Assembly: GCA_036172245.1 (NCBI GenBank)
Contig: JAYWIR010000010.1
Span: 1,302,001 to 1,366,000, forward strand
DNA: 64,000 nt
DNA from: Raillietiella orientalis
Taxonomy: Eukaryota
Direction: 5' to 3'
Made by a program: the position numbers and the translations under genes. The notes below the pieces were generated by a model. The model ran no database searches. It saw nothing but the letters and a program-made list of their open reading frames with translations, and had not been told where the DNA came from. Shown here piece after piece: positions 12,101 to 25,142 of the stretch; position 1 is the first letter of the stretch, and each line of letters opens with the position of its first letter.

Positions 12101-13520
12101 CGGAAGGCGCGCGCTCTTCGCTTCGGTTTCTTTCGCCTTCCGGCGACGCTTTCCACCTTTCCGGCGAACATTCGCTACCGGCGTCGTCGCGCCGTTTCGG
12201 GGCGGACAACGCAACGCTTCCGCTTTTCCAGCCACACGGAAGGAGACGGCGCGCCGAGCAACGGAGATGCATCTTGCTCAGGAGACGACGCTGCCGACCG
12301 CGGGCTACTTAGCCGGGGGAAGGAAGAAGGGGATGGAAAGATGCGCGTGGACGGGAGAGTTCGCTTCGTCTGGCTGGCGAGTCGCGGGCAGCCGCGCTGC
12401 GGCCTTCGCCTCGGGCGCCCGCGGCTGCTCTGAGGGGCGCGGGCGCTGCCGCTTCCCCGAGTGCGATGGGGCCACGACGAGGAAGGAAGCGCGGCGCGAA
12501 ATGTCGCGTTCCCGGCAGCGGCAGTGCCAACGCTGCCAAGAGCGGAGGCACGCCGGTGCGGAGGGCGGACGCGCTCGAGCTAGGAAAGCACCGAGGGACG
12601 CCGTCCGGATGGCAAAGCCCGAAGCCCCCGGTGCGCCGTGCATTCGGGCGCCGCTTCGACCGAGCTTCCCAACTCGAGGTGGCAGGCGGCTGCCGCTCCT
12701 TCGAAGGTGGCTGGCAGCGCGCGCGCATGGGCCGCTCCTCGTCGTCGCCAGGAGTCGGCCCGCAAGCGCTAGACCTCGGCGGCGGAGTATCGGCCCGCGG
12801 CTGGGTCGAGGAACGCACCCGTGAATACGGCAGCGCCGGCCATCCGAGAGCCACGCCCTGGCTGTCGAGCGAACACCGGCGTCGTCGACCCGCGAGCGAC
12901 GACGGCGGCCGACCGAAGGGGAGGACGCCCGCCCGTGTCTGCTCCGAGCCGGAAGGAGGTCCGACCGTTCGCACTCACTGCATTTCCTTCCCGCGCCCTC
13001 TCCCATCTCGCGCTTCCGCCCACCAGCGTCTCCCGGGGAACGGACCGGCCCTCTCGCAGAAACCCCGACCGGAAGCGAAAGGCGAGCAGCTGCTTGCGCA
13101 TCGCACGCGCTCGGGGTCCTTGCAGAACGCGCACGACCGGAAAGCGCGGCGTGCGCACGCGCGTCCCTGGTGCCCGTGCAGCCAGCCGGCCGCGAACGAG
13201 CGACCGCGAAGCCGAGAAAGCCGCGCGCGGTCCTGGGCGGCGCCTTCCGGGCCGTCCCGTCTCTCTGGCTCGCACGTACCCCCTTTCCCTTTCCCTCTTC
13301 CCTGCCGCGTGCCTTGCTTCCTTTGCGCGCTTCGCCTTCGCGCGTCGCGCCTGTAGCCCGTGTTGGGCGGTCCCTTCGCGCCGTCCGTTCGTCGGGCTGC
13401 TCAAGACCAGCAGCGCCAGCCGCCCCGACGGACGGCGCTCTCGCCCTCGAGCCGTCCCGCTCGCTCGGTTGCGTCCGAGAAGCTGGCAGTTTGGCGCGCG
13501 CGCCGCTGGGGCCGGCTCGA

Positions 13521-13557
<37 letters not shown>

Positions 13558-14314
13558 GCCTACCTTTGCCCTTAGGCTTAGCCCTTCGCCACTCGTGGTC
13601 GTCGTCGTCATCGTGCGGCAAGCGGCGCGTCTGCCTGGCCTCCCTGCTGTTGGCGGGGCACGCAAGCAGCCATCTCGGCTGAGCAGAGAACGGTCTCGTC
13701 CCTGCTGCGCGAGTCGTGACCGTGCGTCGCGAGCGAGGCGCCCGGTTCGCCAAAAGCCAGACGAGCAAACTGTGTTGTTGCGGGTGCTCGCCCGCGCGCA
13801 GGAACCGCTCCCGATTCGCCCGTGCGCACCTTTCTTCCTCGGATTTCGCGCCCGCCAACCGAGTTGCCAGCGAAGCGAACGATACGGACGCTTGGTTTGG
13901 TGGATCCGGCGGGGCACTCCCAGTGGTGCAAGAGGAACGGGAAGGAAAAAGAGGAGGAATGGGGGGAGCGAAGGGAACGTGAAAGGAACCTTTCGTTTCA
14001 TCCAGTCGTTTTGCGATCAGTTGAAAAGCGTCGTCGACGGAAACGGGATCGGTGACGTCCATGCGGATCCTGGTGATGTTGTGTCCTCCTTGCCAGCAGC
14101 CTTCGTGCGCGTCGTGCAAGCAGGCTGCAAACACGTGCGTTCTGCCGTCGGCCAGGTGCTGAGCTAAGACTTTTCCTATCCCGGAATCGCATCCGGTGAT
14201 GCAGATGTAGTACTTCCGAGGAAGCGGGGCGCTGCCCGCCTTCGCTTTGCACCTCTTGACGAAGTAGGCAATGAGGAACGAGACGAAAGCCACTACACAC
14301 AGCTGCAGGTACAT
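9185..14314 (-). pseudogene. Inverted, 3'-truncated duplicate of the SDR gene (exons 14314-13990, 11475-11320, exon 3 from 9465, running into unrelated spacer sequence to a stop at 9185)
   Basis: Exons 1-2 and splice sites match the + copy. Exon 3 reads GRLINVSSVNGQHPFPGISVYAAT and then diverges (GSCCC...), lacking the catalytic Lys and the normal C-terminal part. Confidence 0.88.
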
Positions 14315-14771
14315 CGTGAGACGAACGAGTGGGCGCGCTGCGGCAGCACCGTTTGCCGACCCGTTCCGCGTGCCGTCCACGAAGAATGCATACTGAGAGC
14401 GGTGGAGGATTCTTGCAAGCGTGAGGGCAGCTGCGGCAAAGACAAACAGTCCCTTCCGCCGCCGATGATTGCTTGTGGCTTTCCACGCTTCCCCCACCTG
14501 ACGAGCGTCCGTCGCGCGCCGGACGCAGTGGATGCGTCTCCTCGAAACAGCGTCCTGCGATCGAGGACCCCTCGAAGGACGTTCGTGTCCCCCCCCCCCC
14601 CGGTGGTGTGGGCAGGCGGTGGACGCACCGAACGGCCGTCTCTTGGAAATGCGTCCGCGCTCCGATCTGGCGAAAGGAGGCAGGCAGGCAGGCGTCATGC
14701 CTGCCAAGTGGATGGGGCGCTCGCGAAGGGGCCACCTATTCGAACGAAAAGGACTCCCTGATCCAAAAGCT
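9395..14771. repeat. Right arm of ~5.38 kb inverted repeat (partner 623-6001)
   Basis: Reverse complement of 623-6001; begins cgtggcagcgtaaacgg at 9395 and ends gatccaaaagct at 14771. Confidence 0.98.
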
Positions 14772-15027
14772 TTCCTTGGGTATCACTTGGCGATATAATG
14801 GTTACTCGGAATAATAAATACATATTTGTACTGATTTTGTACTATGTTGTGGTTCATTATCAGGCAAAAGTTTTATTTTCGCTTTCTATAATGGAAATTT
14901 GTAAATAGTTGTGTTTACTTAGTATTCAAGAATCAGTTGTGTTATTGCATTCGCTATTATGCAGAAAACCTTCAAAATCTTATGTATAAACTTTGGCAAC
15001 AATTAATTGTAAGACTAGTGTGGTATG

Positions 15028-16902
15028 TTAGGAGGATAAGGCTTTCAGAAACTTCTCATGACTGTTTTGAAGCTGGTTTCCAAGAACCAGTAATAGTTCT
15101 TGATGATGTGCTCTGACTAATTTCCAAATGTCTGCTTGGGTGTATAGGAATAAAACATAATCTTCGTCATTACATGCTTGCATTAATGTACAGAGCAATA
15201 AAAAAAGATCAGTACTGCTATATGGGGCTAAAATATAAAGTGCGCAGATTTAGTATTTGTAGGCATCAATGTATCAGCGATTGTTCATGTATAGGAATTA
15301 TTTTGGATTGAAAATAGTATGCTTACCATTCAGGATAGGCTCCCCAAGTTGCCAATCATATTTCTTAAGAATGTGTGAAAACTTGGTCTTTTGCTGGGAG
15401 CTTGGAGATGTAATCAAAATTATAAGTATAAGGCTCACTTCACAGCTATCAAATTATAAATCAGAAGGAGTTATGAATTATTTCAGCAAATTACTCATAA
15501 AGTATTTCTTGCATCAAGACTGAGAAGCAGTTTTTTAAATACTGTTGAGTGACTTGATCCAGATTTTTTAATGTTTCCAAGACATTTGGGTAATCACCTG
15601 TTAGAAATTTTTAGTGTAGTGTTGCTGGTTCAGATCACTCACCTTCATAGATCTGTGCATGACTCAGTTGTTGAAGTGCTGATACATGTTCTAGAGGAAA
15701 TGACTTGCTAGCAATTTCAGCTGCCTTCTTGAAATGTCGTGCAGCTTCCAACCTGTGATTCATCTTCAATAGGCCATTGGCCAATTCCATAAACAGAGAT
15801 ATACATGTATGTTCTTGTCCCAAAGTAGCTAATAAATCAGCTGCTGCATAAAAATGCTGTATTGCTAATTCTAAATTTTCACTGAAGCTGATGCTGATGA
15901 AATGTGTCTCTAATTCTGCCTTTAGAAACAGTCTTGCTGCTTGTGTTAAAAAATTTGCTTCTATTCCACGTTCACCAAGAAGGTTTTTACAACGAGCTAA
16001 TGAAACATAACAAAGTGCAGCTGAATGTTGCTGTCCATAATTTTCTTGCTTTCTTGCAAGAATAGCTACAACAAAGTTTTCGGCAACTGCTTAGGCAAGG
16101 TATGCTTACAAAGTTCTTCAGCTATGCTCCTCAAGTTAGCCTTCTTTAAGAATCTCCTAGAACAAAATCGTTACAATTTAATCACTATGATTATTTTGAA
16201 ATGCATGCATACTTTCTTATAGAAGGCCATTATAGTTTGTTTTTTAAACTGCAAACTAATGCCTACTCCCAGGAAGCATTAGTTTACCGTTTGCATTTAT
16301 TATCAGAAATTCCAAAGGGAAATTGCAGGGCACAAAATTGGAAAAAATTATTTCATTTGAAGATTTCCGAAAAATATTGAAACTAAAGATATTTTTATGA
16401 TGTTTTTAATCTTAGAAAAACTCTTATTACAATATAAATTAAATTGTTAATTCCTTTTCTAATTTATGAAGGTCATTTTATCGCTGTAGATGGTATGCAT
16501 GTTTTTTATATGCTAATGTAAATGTCTCATCATATCTCTCGCCAGTTTGTTGATCTATAAACCACTGGTTCTATATGCTGTTCTTCAAAACTCCTCAAAA
16601 TTCAAAACGCTCCTTTTACTGTTTGCATTGAAAAACTTCAGATTTCATATTGTTACTCTTACTTTTAATTGAAAGTACTACTAACAATATTATCTTTTAG
16701 AGTTTGATGCAATTTTTCCAGTATGGTAACCACAAAAATAATTTTCGAACTGTAGCATTATCGGCAAAACTCAGCAAAAAACGGTGAGAAGAACATGAAC
16801 AAGAAACAGAAATATTTTTGATAAAGCCAAGCTTACATACTTTTTTAATCTACTTTGAATTTGCTTGTATTGGTGAGTAAAATCGACATCCGCATGCTCC
16901 AT
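15028..16902 (-). CDS. F8A1: 40-kDa huntingtin-associated protein (HAP40 / factor VIII intron 22 protein), 317 aa; exons 16902-16841, 16156-16110, 16065-15643, 15597-15495, 15445-15327, 15227-15028
   Basis: Translation gives YKQIQSRLKKRFLKKANL, AALCYVSLARC, LTQAARLFL and C-terminal DLFLLLCTLMQAC...DIWKLV...LLLVL, matching conserved HAP40 blocks. GT-AG introns; 954 nt in frame. Confidence 0.92.
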
Positions 16903-19249
16903 GATATACGCGAACTCCAGCCATGAAAACCGTGTTTAACCTTTTTTGATGCAAGGAGTGCCAAATACCTCCCCACTCAGCAAATGCGTTTCTGAAACCC
17001 TAAAAAAAAAAAACTCTAATAAATGCTGAGATAAGACTCTGATAGATGCACCGCGGTCACAATACTGCCTATTATCGAAGCATGATATGCGTGTTACCTG
17101 TGCAAAAAAGCATCACATAAGCATTTACGGATTTATGTAGTTCTGTGAAACAAGATATTTCATTCCGTGTAATCCCTTGGAGTGAAAGAAGTTCATCGTG
17201 GTGGATTCCATCAATCAGGCTAAAGCTGCATATAGTGGACACAGATTAAGTATTGGAAAAGATATGTCAACTTGTTTCCGTGTTCACTAGAAAGGAAGCA
17301 CGCGTGTTTACAGAGGGAGGCAAACCAATACAAGATGCAGCCTTCTAATGTGAATTTAAATTAAAAAACAATATTACACGAATAAAAATGTAGTTTCATG
17401 TTTTCGTGGTTCACAGCTAAGCGGGAAAACTCGCAACATCAGGGTTAAAAAAAAAAAAGAAGAAAAACATGTTACAAATTATTGTAAAGTACACTTTTTG
17501 AACAGAGAAACATTGGAGAATAGAGGGAATTCAGTTATTCATCTTCAGAATTTTAAAAGGAACTTTCACATGGAATCCTAAAGTGAATTTCCAAATTCGT
17601 AATTTTATTATTTCAATTGCGTGAATCGAAAATTTAATCATGTTTAATTACTATAGAACCTCTAGTAAGCCCTTTTGTTATAACACTCTTGTTCCTTCCT
17701 AATTTTTAATTGGGAGCCTTCGATTTTCAAAAGGCTGATATTCATTCCCCTTCGTATATTAATTGCTTCTACTTAAATGATTTGGAATTTCTGGAGTAGA
17801 TATGACTTAAAATTATCACAAATTATAATAATACTTGTGTAAGCAATATGAAGGAATAGGCAAACAAACTATTGAAAATGAAGGAAAGTTATCTTTCATT
17901 AGATTTGATTATAATGATATATTTGTTCTACAGCAGAAATGGGCAGTTTTGTTTCCTCTTTTCTTTTTCTTTTTACAAAAACTGCACAAGAAAATAACGA
18001 GATCAACACAGCAAACACCATGTGATCTCTTCTCTTGGTGAGGAAGGAATTCTGGTTCTCGATTTCTTCACAAACTCCCGAGGCCTGTCGGATCACTTTT
18101 ATGTCTTTCTATCGTGGGTGCATCCACCAGGCCCTTGAGGGAGAACGATGAAGGCACTTATATTCTTAGCACTCTGGTATATCTAGGAGAGGATTGACGC
18201 TCTGCATGTGGAACGTTGTCTTAATAAAAAGATAGATAAGTTCTTGAGATTTCTTACTCTACCTCGAGTTATTTCGAGGATAGAGCGATGACCATGAGTT
18301 AAATGCACCCATCGCATGCTCGTGTGCGACACCTCAGTGAGCATGACTAAAGCTAAAAGTAGGTCCATCCGTGGAGAGAGGAGGAACGAATATAAACATA
18401 TCTGAGCAATAAATTGTTTGGTAATCTAAGTTTGCAACTTTTCGTGAAGGAAGAAAGGAAGAAAAATGCTTGAAAATAGTGGTGTATTCTTGGAGAGGAA
18501 AAGTTCTCGGTAGTGAAATTAAGGATCTGCCTAAGGCAGAAGGAGTGGTGCTTTCTTCCAAGAATTCCTCTCTTCTTCTTCTCATTTACCATATTTGATG
18601 TCAAAATGTCCAGGTTTTTCCGGCTGAACGATGCTCAGAATTGGAATGACATATGGTGACGTCTTATGGAGACCATGTTTGGCATCGTCTACACACTATG
18701 ACAAAACAAGCTTCATACAATGTCTTGAAGACGTTTATTGGTTCTGTTGTTTTACAAAAGTTCGGTGCCCATAAGGAGACGACTCATTACATTATCCATA
18801 ATCAACAGTCGACCTCTGATTTGTAGGCAAGGATCCCTACTGTTTATTATATTATATCTGAAAGAATTTCAGCAGAGCGTTCCCCAAACACAAATGCCAG
18901 GATTGCACTCGGATGGGGTACGCATACATATCTCCGGAAGCAGCTACAGGTGGAAGCCGTATGCGCAAAACTGGAAACAAGGTGTCAGCGGTGACCATGT
19001 CAAAGTCTACCACAGAGAGACGTCAGCATCTGAAAGAACAAATCGTCAAAGTGCAAAAAAACAGATCTTTAAGTGATTGTTCCTCCAGTTCAAGGAGTCC
19101 TAGGAATGGACAAGGGCACCACAACCGGCCCGCAGCTCTATAGGAATCGGAAAACTCCGGGAGTATATGAAGTGTAAGACAGAGCAGTAAGTGGCGCAGG
19201 GTGCGTTTGCTTTCTTCATGTAGCCTCAGGGTTTTGCATACGGGTCGTA

Positions 19250-19900
19250 GGCTCTGTGTCCTTGGAAAATGAGTAATAGAATCTCTCATTTCTTCATATT
19301 TGGTGCAGCCCCCACTTCTCTTCACTGGGCAGCGCGTTCGCCGTGGTTGTTGGCGCATCGACGACGGATTGCTTGAGAAGGGCAATTTTTCTCTACTTTG
19401 CACATGTTCGAAACGGAACCATGCATGGCTCATTTTAGCTATCCGCTTCGGGGCGTTGAAGTTGCTGTTGTTAACAGCTTCAGCAAAGAGAGACATCAAC
19501 TTGTTTTTCATATCATGAGAAAAGGATGCTTTTATTGAAAATTGATGCGTGCCGGAAGGACACGCAGAACCTGCAGTAATTAGAGAATGTCTGATAGGCC
19601 ATTTCATCAACACTTGACTGCATGATGCTTTTATCTTGATTCCTCGACTACTAGAGGGGACTTCGTTCAGTGCAGAAGAGACGATAAACCATCATCTTTT
19701 CTGACTCATGAGTTCGAATTGAGGGTTCAAACAACACGATGCAACACGTAAGCAAAGAGTACTGATTCTGTGCTGACTGATTTTTGAATTGCAGAATTCT
19801 TAAGCGCTAAAGATCGTTTATCATCATGAAGTTCCCCATTTCAGATGTAACACTTAGGGTAATTCACAGCAACGTGTAGACTTGAACTGACATGTACGTG
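19250..19900 (+). mobile_element. Degenerate non-LTR retrotransposon reverse-transcriptase fragment (R2/Utopia-like)
   Basis: ORF 19300-19518 QRVRRG..DG..E.GNFSL...AWLILAIRFGAL resembles RT domains 2a-3 (QxGF..DG..EHNF.L...AWLDLxNAFGS). Boundaries approximate. Confidence 0.45.
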
Positions 19901-22900
19901 CTCTGCATACGCTTATTTTGGTGATGGGTGCCGCTCAATTTCGAACCTGGCAAGTAGACCACAAATGTGCCATATGGATACAAGTAACCGTTCGTAAATT
20001 ACGTGGTTTGAAACAAAGGTCAAAAAGAGGCTGAATGCAGCAGAGGGGGGAAATGCTGGATATGATTTCTCGTGTTCTTTGTCTCAGGAATGCACCTCAA
20101 AGGTAGGATTTTTCGAAGTCTAAACACTTTTTATACTCTAAAATTCTTCCTTGAACACGATGGGAAACAGCAATTGTATAGAAATTTCCCACTAAAAATC
20201 TGGAATGCGTTGACATCACATACAACCCAGTACTCTTTTCCTTGAGTATTGCAACTGCTTCAGTTGTTCGAACTCTATTTGAACTCACGCGTTCTCCTAC
20301 TAAGTGATATTTGCATAGCACGCTTCTTTTTTTCTTCTTTTCCCTTTCACATTGGACAAGAGAAATCAGCATGGAGTTCTTCTGACAGCATCTGTTCGGA
20401 CCGAATGCTGCTTAGTCCCTCCGGTACTGACATTATCCATTGCTTTTCTTTTAAATTAATAGCTCAAGTGGCACCATTTAGATGGCAACTCTTTTCTCAT
20501 TCATCACAAAGTGTTGCCATCATTTCTGATCCGCGGAGTGAAGTTTGATCTTCCCAATGAGATTGCAGTCAGTGCTGAAGATTCAAGTCACAGAAGATCA
20601 GAGAAAGAAGAGTGCTCTTCCGTGGATCGAGAATCAGAAGGCTGGATGTGGTCCAGCGTGCGATAATTAGAGCTTTTCCTTACCCCAGCGGTCCATGTAC
20701 TCTGAGCGGATCGCGCGTTCTCAAAACGACCTCGCAATGCTAAGCAGGGAAACACAGATGAAACAGATGTTTTCATCACCAGATTCATGATGGCATTCGG
20801 CAAATCGAAATACCACTTTCGAACCTGCCTATTTGCATCTCCAGCAGCGGTACTACCTGGGGTCTCTTCTCTCCAAACGCGGCGTCTACAAATGGTGATA
20901 CGTGGCTAGCGCAAGACACAGGTGCGCCATTGGTTTCCTTTACTTCCATTCCTCTTCATTTTATACAGATCTGCAAAGCGATCTGTCCCTATCAACGCAT
21001 TATTTTCTAGAAGGCAGCAGCACTTGAGAATTCATCCAATTTTCTGAACTCGCCGGCATCCGCACAAGGATGCAAAGGACACCCTCCAGCACCCGATGAC
21101 CCCTTCCCGAATCCTCCCATTTTACTTTTGTGTATATATTTTTTGTTTCATTTTTTTTGGTTTCCCTTTTCCTCTGCTGTCGAGGCGAACTTCGCTGGCC
21201 TGTGCACCGGTTCTTTTTGTAGATACGCATCCTGCCATTGACTTATATGTTTATTTTATAAACAAACGCCCTGGCGCAACCGGGTGCCAAATCCAATTTG
21301 CTGAATTCGCCGTGGTGACGGGTCTTTCTCTCTTGTCTTCAAATACAAACACACAACTGGCTTCTCAAGAAGTCCTGAAGTCGTCAGCAAGGTTTTCCGG
21401 GCCAACTTTCGCACTTGGGGATGCGAATGAAGACATTCTTACACGGATGATAGAATCATGACCTTTTTCTTCCAAGAAAGATCAGCGGGAGCATCACTGC
21501 AATAACGGAAACAATGGCGGCAGCTAACAACCAAGCACAGCATCCGCCCCAGGACCTCTCGCAATACGCTCACCTCCGCACGTGCAGTAATCTGTTTGAC
21601 TTTCCCCACATCTCAGGCCCTAGGTTTCCCATCTCTTTGCGGTCTCCAAGAGTTCGTGGGTTCCGCGTGCGGTCTCACTGTCCTGATACGGAATACCGTC
21701 CTAACTCGGGACAGAACAACCCGGGCGTCAAGCAAGCGGTTTCGTGGAGTCACTGTGCCACGCTCCGTATCCCTGGAATCTCCTCTGTTGCTATCCTGAA
21801 CGCAACAGGGAGTCGTTTGCAGGAAGTCCAAAGTGCTGACGATGGCTGGCAGCGCATCTGGACCAAAAAAAAACCCTCGAACCTTCTTGAAAATGAGAAA
21901 TCCATCCCCTGAGCGATTCGAAACGTCCTCTCGACTGGGCGGAGAATGATGAAAGGATAAGCATCATTTAAACCTTGGCTCCCATTCGAACGAAGAAACA
22001 AAAAAGCGTTGGCTTTTTCTCCCACGTCCCCTCCCAAAGACAAACTGCCTCTCATCCCGACTATGCAGTATAGAATGTCGGGTGAAATCCTTGTTGCTCC
22101 TGGAACCGGGAGCAGAAATGCTTTTCACCGACTACCTATGGGACTGCCAATGCTCGGGACCGTGGGATGTGTTCCGATCGGACGCCAGATGCATAGGTTG
22201 CGCAACTCTCCTTCGGTGGAGGGAGGAGACGTACTCTTCCCCACCGAAAGCAGCTCGGCACCTCCTTCTTCACTTCCGAAGAGTGAATTGGGACCGCCGA
22301 GGACCGCAGCTCCTTCCTGAAACAATGCATGAACTCCGACGGCATCATCCTCTGGCTCTATGAGCTTCTCGGAATTCCTGACGACGGTGAAGATCTCTCC
22401 CAGAGAAATGAACTCATCGGGACGCATGCACTCCTTTCACTGTAGCTGCTGTCCTCAATACAGGAAGACAGCAGCTACAGAGAAAAGTCGCGCGCCACGG
22501 GCGGGTGCCCTCCCATTCAGGCAGGAATCCAAATCCTGGGCACTTGCTCTTCTGGCTTCGAGCGTTCATCCTGTGCCTTCGTCCGGCGGGCACGGCGATC
22601 TGGACTGTCAGGGTCGCGGAACTCGCCTACATTTTGCACTTCGCGAGGCGCGTCCACATGCCTGGAGAGGATTGGAGGGGGGGGGGGGGTGCGTGCCCAG
22701 CAACCAGGCAATGAAGTTTTAGCGCCCCACAGAGCGCTGCCGATCAGGAGGAAGCGCCTCAGGCAGAACTTCTGGACGCGACTATGGAGCTGTTCCCACT
22801 GTGTCGCAGCGGCAGAGGAATTTACCAATTTGCTCCCCTATCTCCGGGACTCCCAGTCACTCATTTGGGATGATGGAAATCATTTTGAGTCCTGCTTTCG

Positions 22901-23741
22901 CTGCTTTCCTTCCAACCTTTTTTTTTTCCAGGTTTTCTCTTTTCGGGGGTTCGCCAAGTTCTGAAGAACCGTTCACCTCCTTAGAGGGGGCTAACGAAGG
23001 CCTGTAACACTCTCCACGGCGCCCAAGGGATGCGTGCGACTCTTCAAGTTATGCGAGTTATCTCGGGAGGGGACCACCCTATGAATCCAGGAAGTCTCCA
23101 GAAGAAGAATTCCGTTCCTCTTACTCTTGGAAGGGAACCCCAAGGGGATTTTTTTTTTTTAGAATTCACAAAATTAGAAAATATGGCCATTTTTTCATGT
23201 ACCAAAAATCCCCTTGAATTGGAGGGTATAAAAAAAAAAACAAAAAAAACATTACATATACTAATATAGATGTGTAAGAACATCGTTTTTCAAGAGCAAA
23301 ATAAAATATTCTTAAATTCTTCATGTAGACCTTTTGATTCTTACACTTCTACCAGATATATGCCAAGAGGTACTTTAAGAGCCTCCGAAAACTTACGTGA
23401 AAATATTGTAAATCTAATTAATGTGAGAAATGCACTATAACTCTAACCAGGATATACTTTTTTTCATATTTCAGTAAGTGTTTAACGACTCTGTATATCT
23501 CTGCTCTTTAAAAATTCAAGAAAACTGATTATGCAGCTTCACGAATTGATAACACTGAAGTATTTGACTTGCATTCGATGAGTAGACATTGGTAACTAGG
23601 AGGAACTTGTAGATGTAGACATTCCGGTGTAGATATAAATGGAAGTGATGGAGCGATTCAAGGTATTTGTTTACAGTAGCCATAAAAAGTGCACACATGA
23701 TAGATCCTCTTAAATCCAAGTTTCTTTTTTACACTAACAAG

Positions 23742-25142
23742 ATGTTTGCTTTTTTTGGAAATCGTGTTTTGTATAAAGTTTTTAGTTGCTGGAAACGTGA
23801 AATCCATAGCCAGGTTAGATTTTGGTTGATAGCGGTTATGTGTAAGGTTGCATGTTTTTTTTTTGTAAATACAATAGGCACCTCCTTGGAAACAAAAAGG
23901 ACATGAAGGAACACCGTTTTATCAATTTCATCCTCAGTCAGAATATGCCCAACCACAAGGTGTGAAATTAGCTGATATTACAAACTTCTTTAAGAAGTTA
24001 CCTGAGGAATTTGACTTATGGTGTTTAGAGCAGAAGGAGCGATTTGAACGATTCTCATGCGTCCTTCCCCCCAGGTAAGTCGCTAATGAAACATAAATAA
24101 ATCTTTGTTATCATATTTAATTTACACATCCGGTTGCTGTATGTTGACTTTGATCGAAAACACCGCAAACTTTATAGGTATCCATAAAATATTATGTTGA
24201 TTATTAAAGTTCAGACTGTTATTAATAAGAAATGAAGTAAAGCCTAATTTGAGAACCTACTGATGCATCCAATGAAGAAATCTTGAGCAATCAACAAATA
24301 ACCAGTTTTTGAAACTAAAAAAAAATTCGAGTGTGAAATAAAGTATGACTTAACTGCATTATGTTGGGTGTTGTGCATTTTTCTAGTTTATTTGTCAACT
24401 TTAAAATTTTATTTACAGGCCTGGAGAGATTGATGTAGTGTGGCAGTTTACTGGAGAAGAACACTTGAAAAACTGGACTGTCACTGCAGATAGTTCTCAT
24501 AATGAAGGATATAGCAAATGCACCTTCACTTTATCCCCTACTGGCAAAGCACTTTTCAGTGGAGTCCTGTCCACTAAAGTCCCCAAAGATGGTATTGTTC
24601 AGCAAGCTGGTTATTGCAGTATTATCTCCAAACCACCAATGGTATGCTCATGGATCACTGAGTGGCTCACTTTTGCAGTCATTAGCGTTCATTCTACAGG
24701 GTTATTTATCATGATTGGAGGAACTACACACATTTAGTACTACGACTTCGAGGAGATGGACGAACTTACGTGCTCAGCTTAGGACAGAGAAAAGATTTAG
24801 ACTTATTTTGGAATGATCTTAGTCAGTTTCCACTGTTTACACGTGGTGGTCCCCATTGGCAAATTACCAAGGTTAGTAAGTAAATAATTATTATTGGAGA
24901 GTGTTATTGAAATATGATAGATCCCATTTTCAAAGTTTTTCTTGTCAAGCAAAGGAAGAATTCAGGACAAACAAAGCAGAGTAAACAATGCAGAAGTGAA
25001 CAATTTAGGGATCACCATAGCTGATGGGATTAATGGTCCGTTCAATCTTGAACTGGACTACATTGGATTGGAGTATGACATCTCACATACTGAAGTATTT
25101 GCTTATGAGATGTACAAGACAAATTTCCATCTAAGTGACTGA
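23742..25142 (+). CDS. NDUFAF1: Complex I intermediate-associated protein 30 (CIA30), 299 aa; exons 23742-23813, 23878-24074, 24419-24641, 24686-24871, 24921-25142
   Basis: Transit-peptide-like start. Motifs [78 protein letters not shown]. Phases consistent (900 nt). Confidence 0.95.

Noticed and set aside
623..14771. Arms as TIRs of a giant DNA transposon (Polinton/foldback)
   Set aside because: The arms consist of host-gene exons and introns; I saw no transposase, integrase or polymerase in the spacer and no clear target-site duplication.
21500..22960. Possible retroelement N-terminal/RT remnants
   Set aside because: Only faint motif echoes; no family can be supported without a search.
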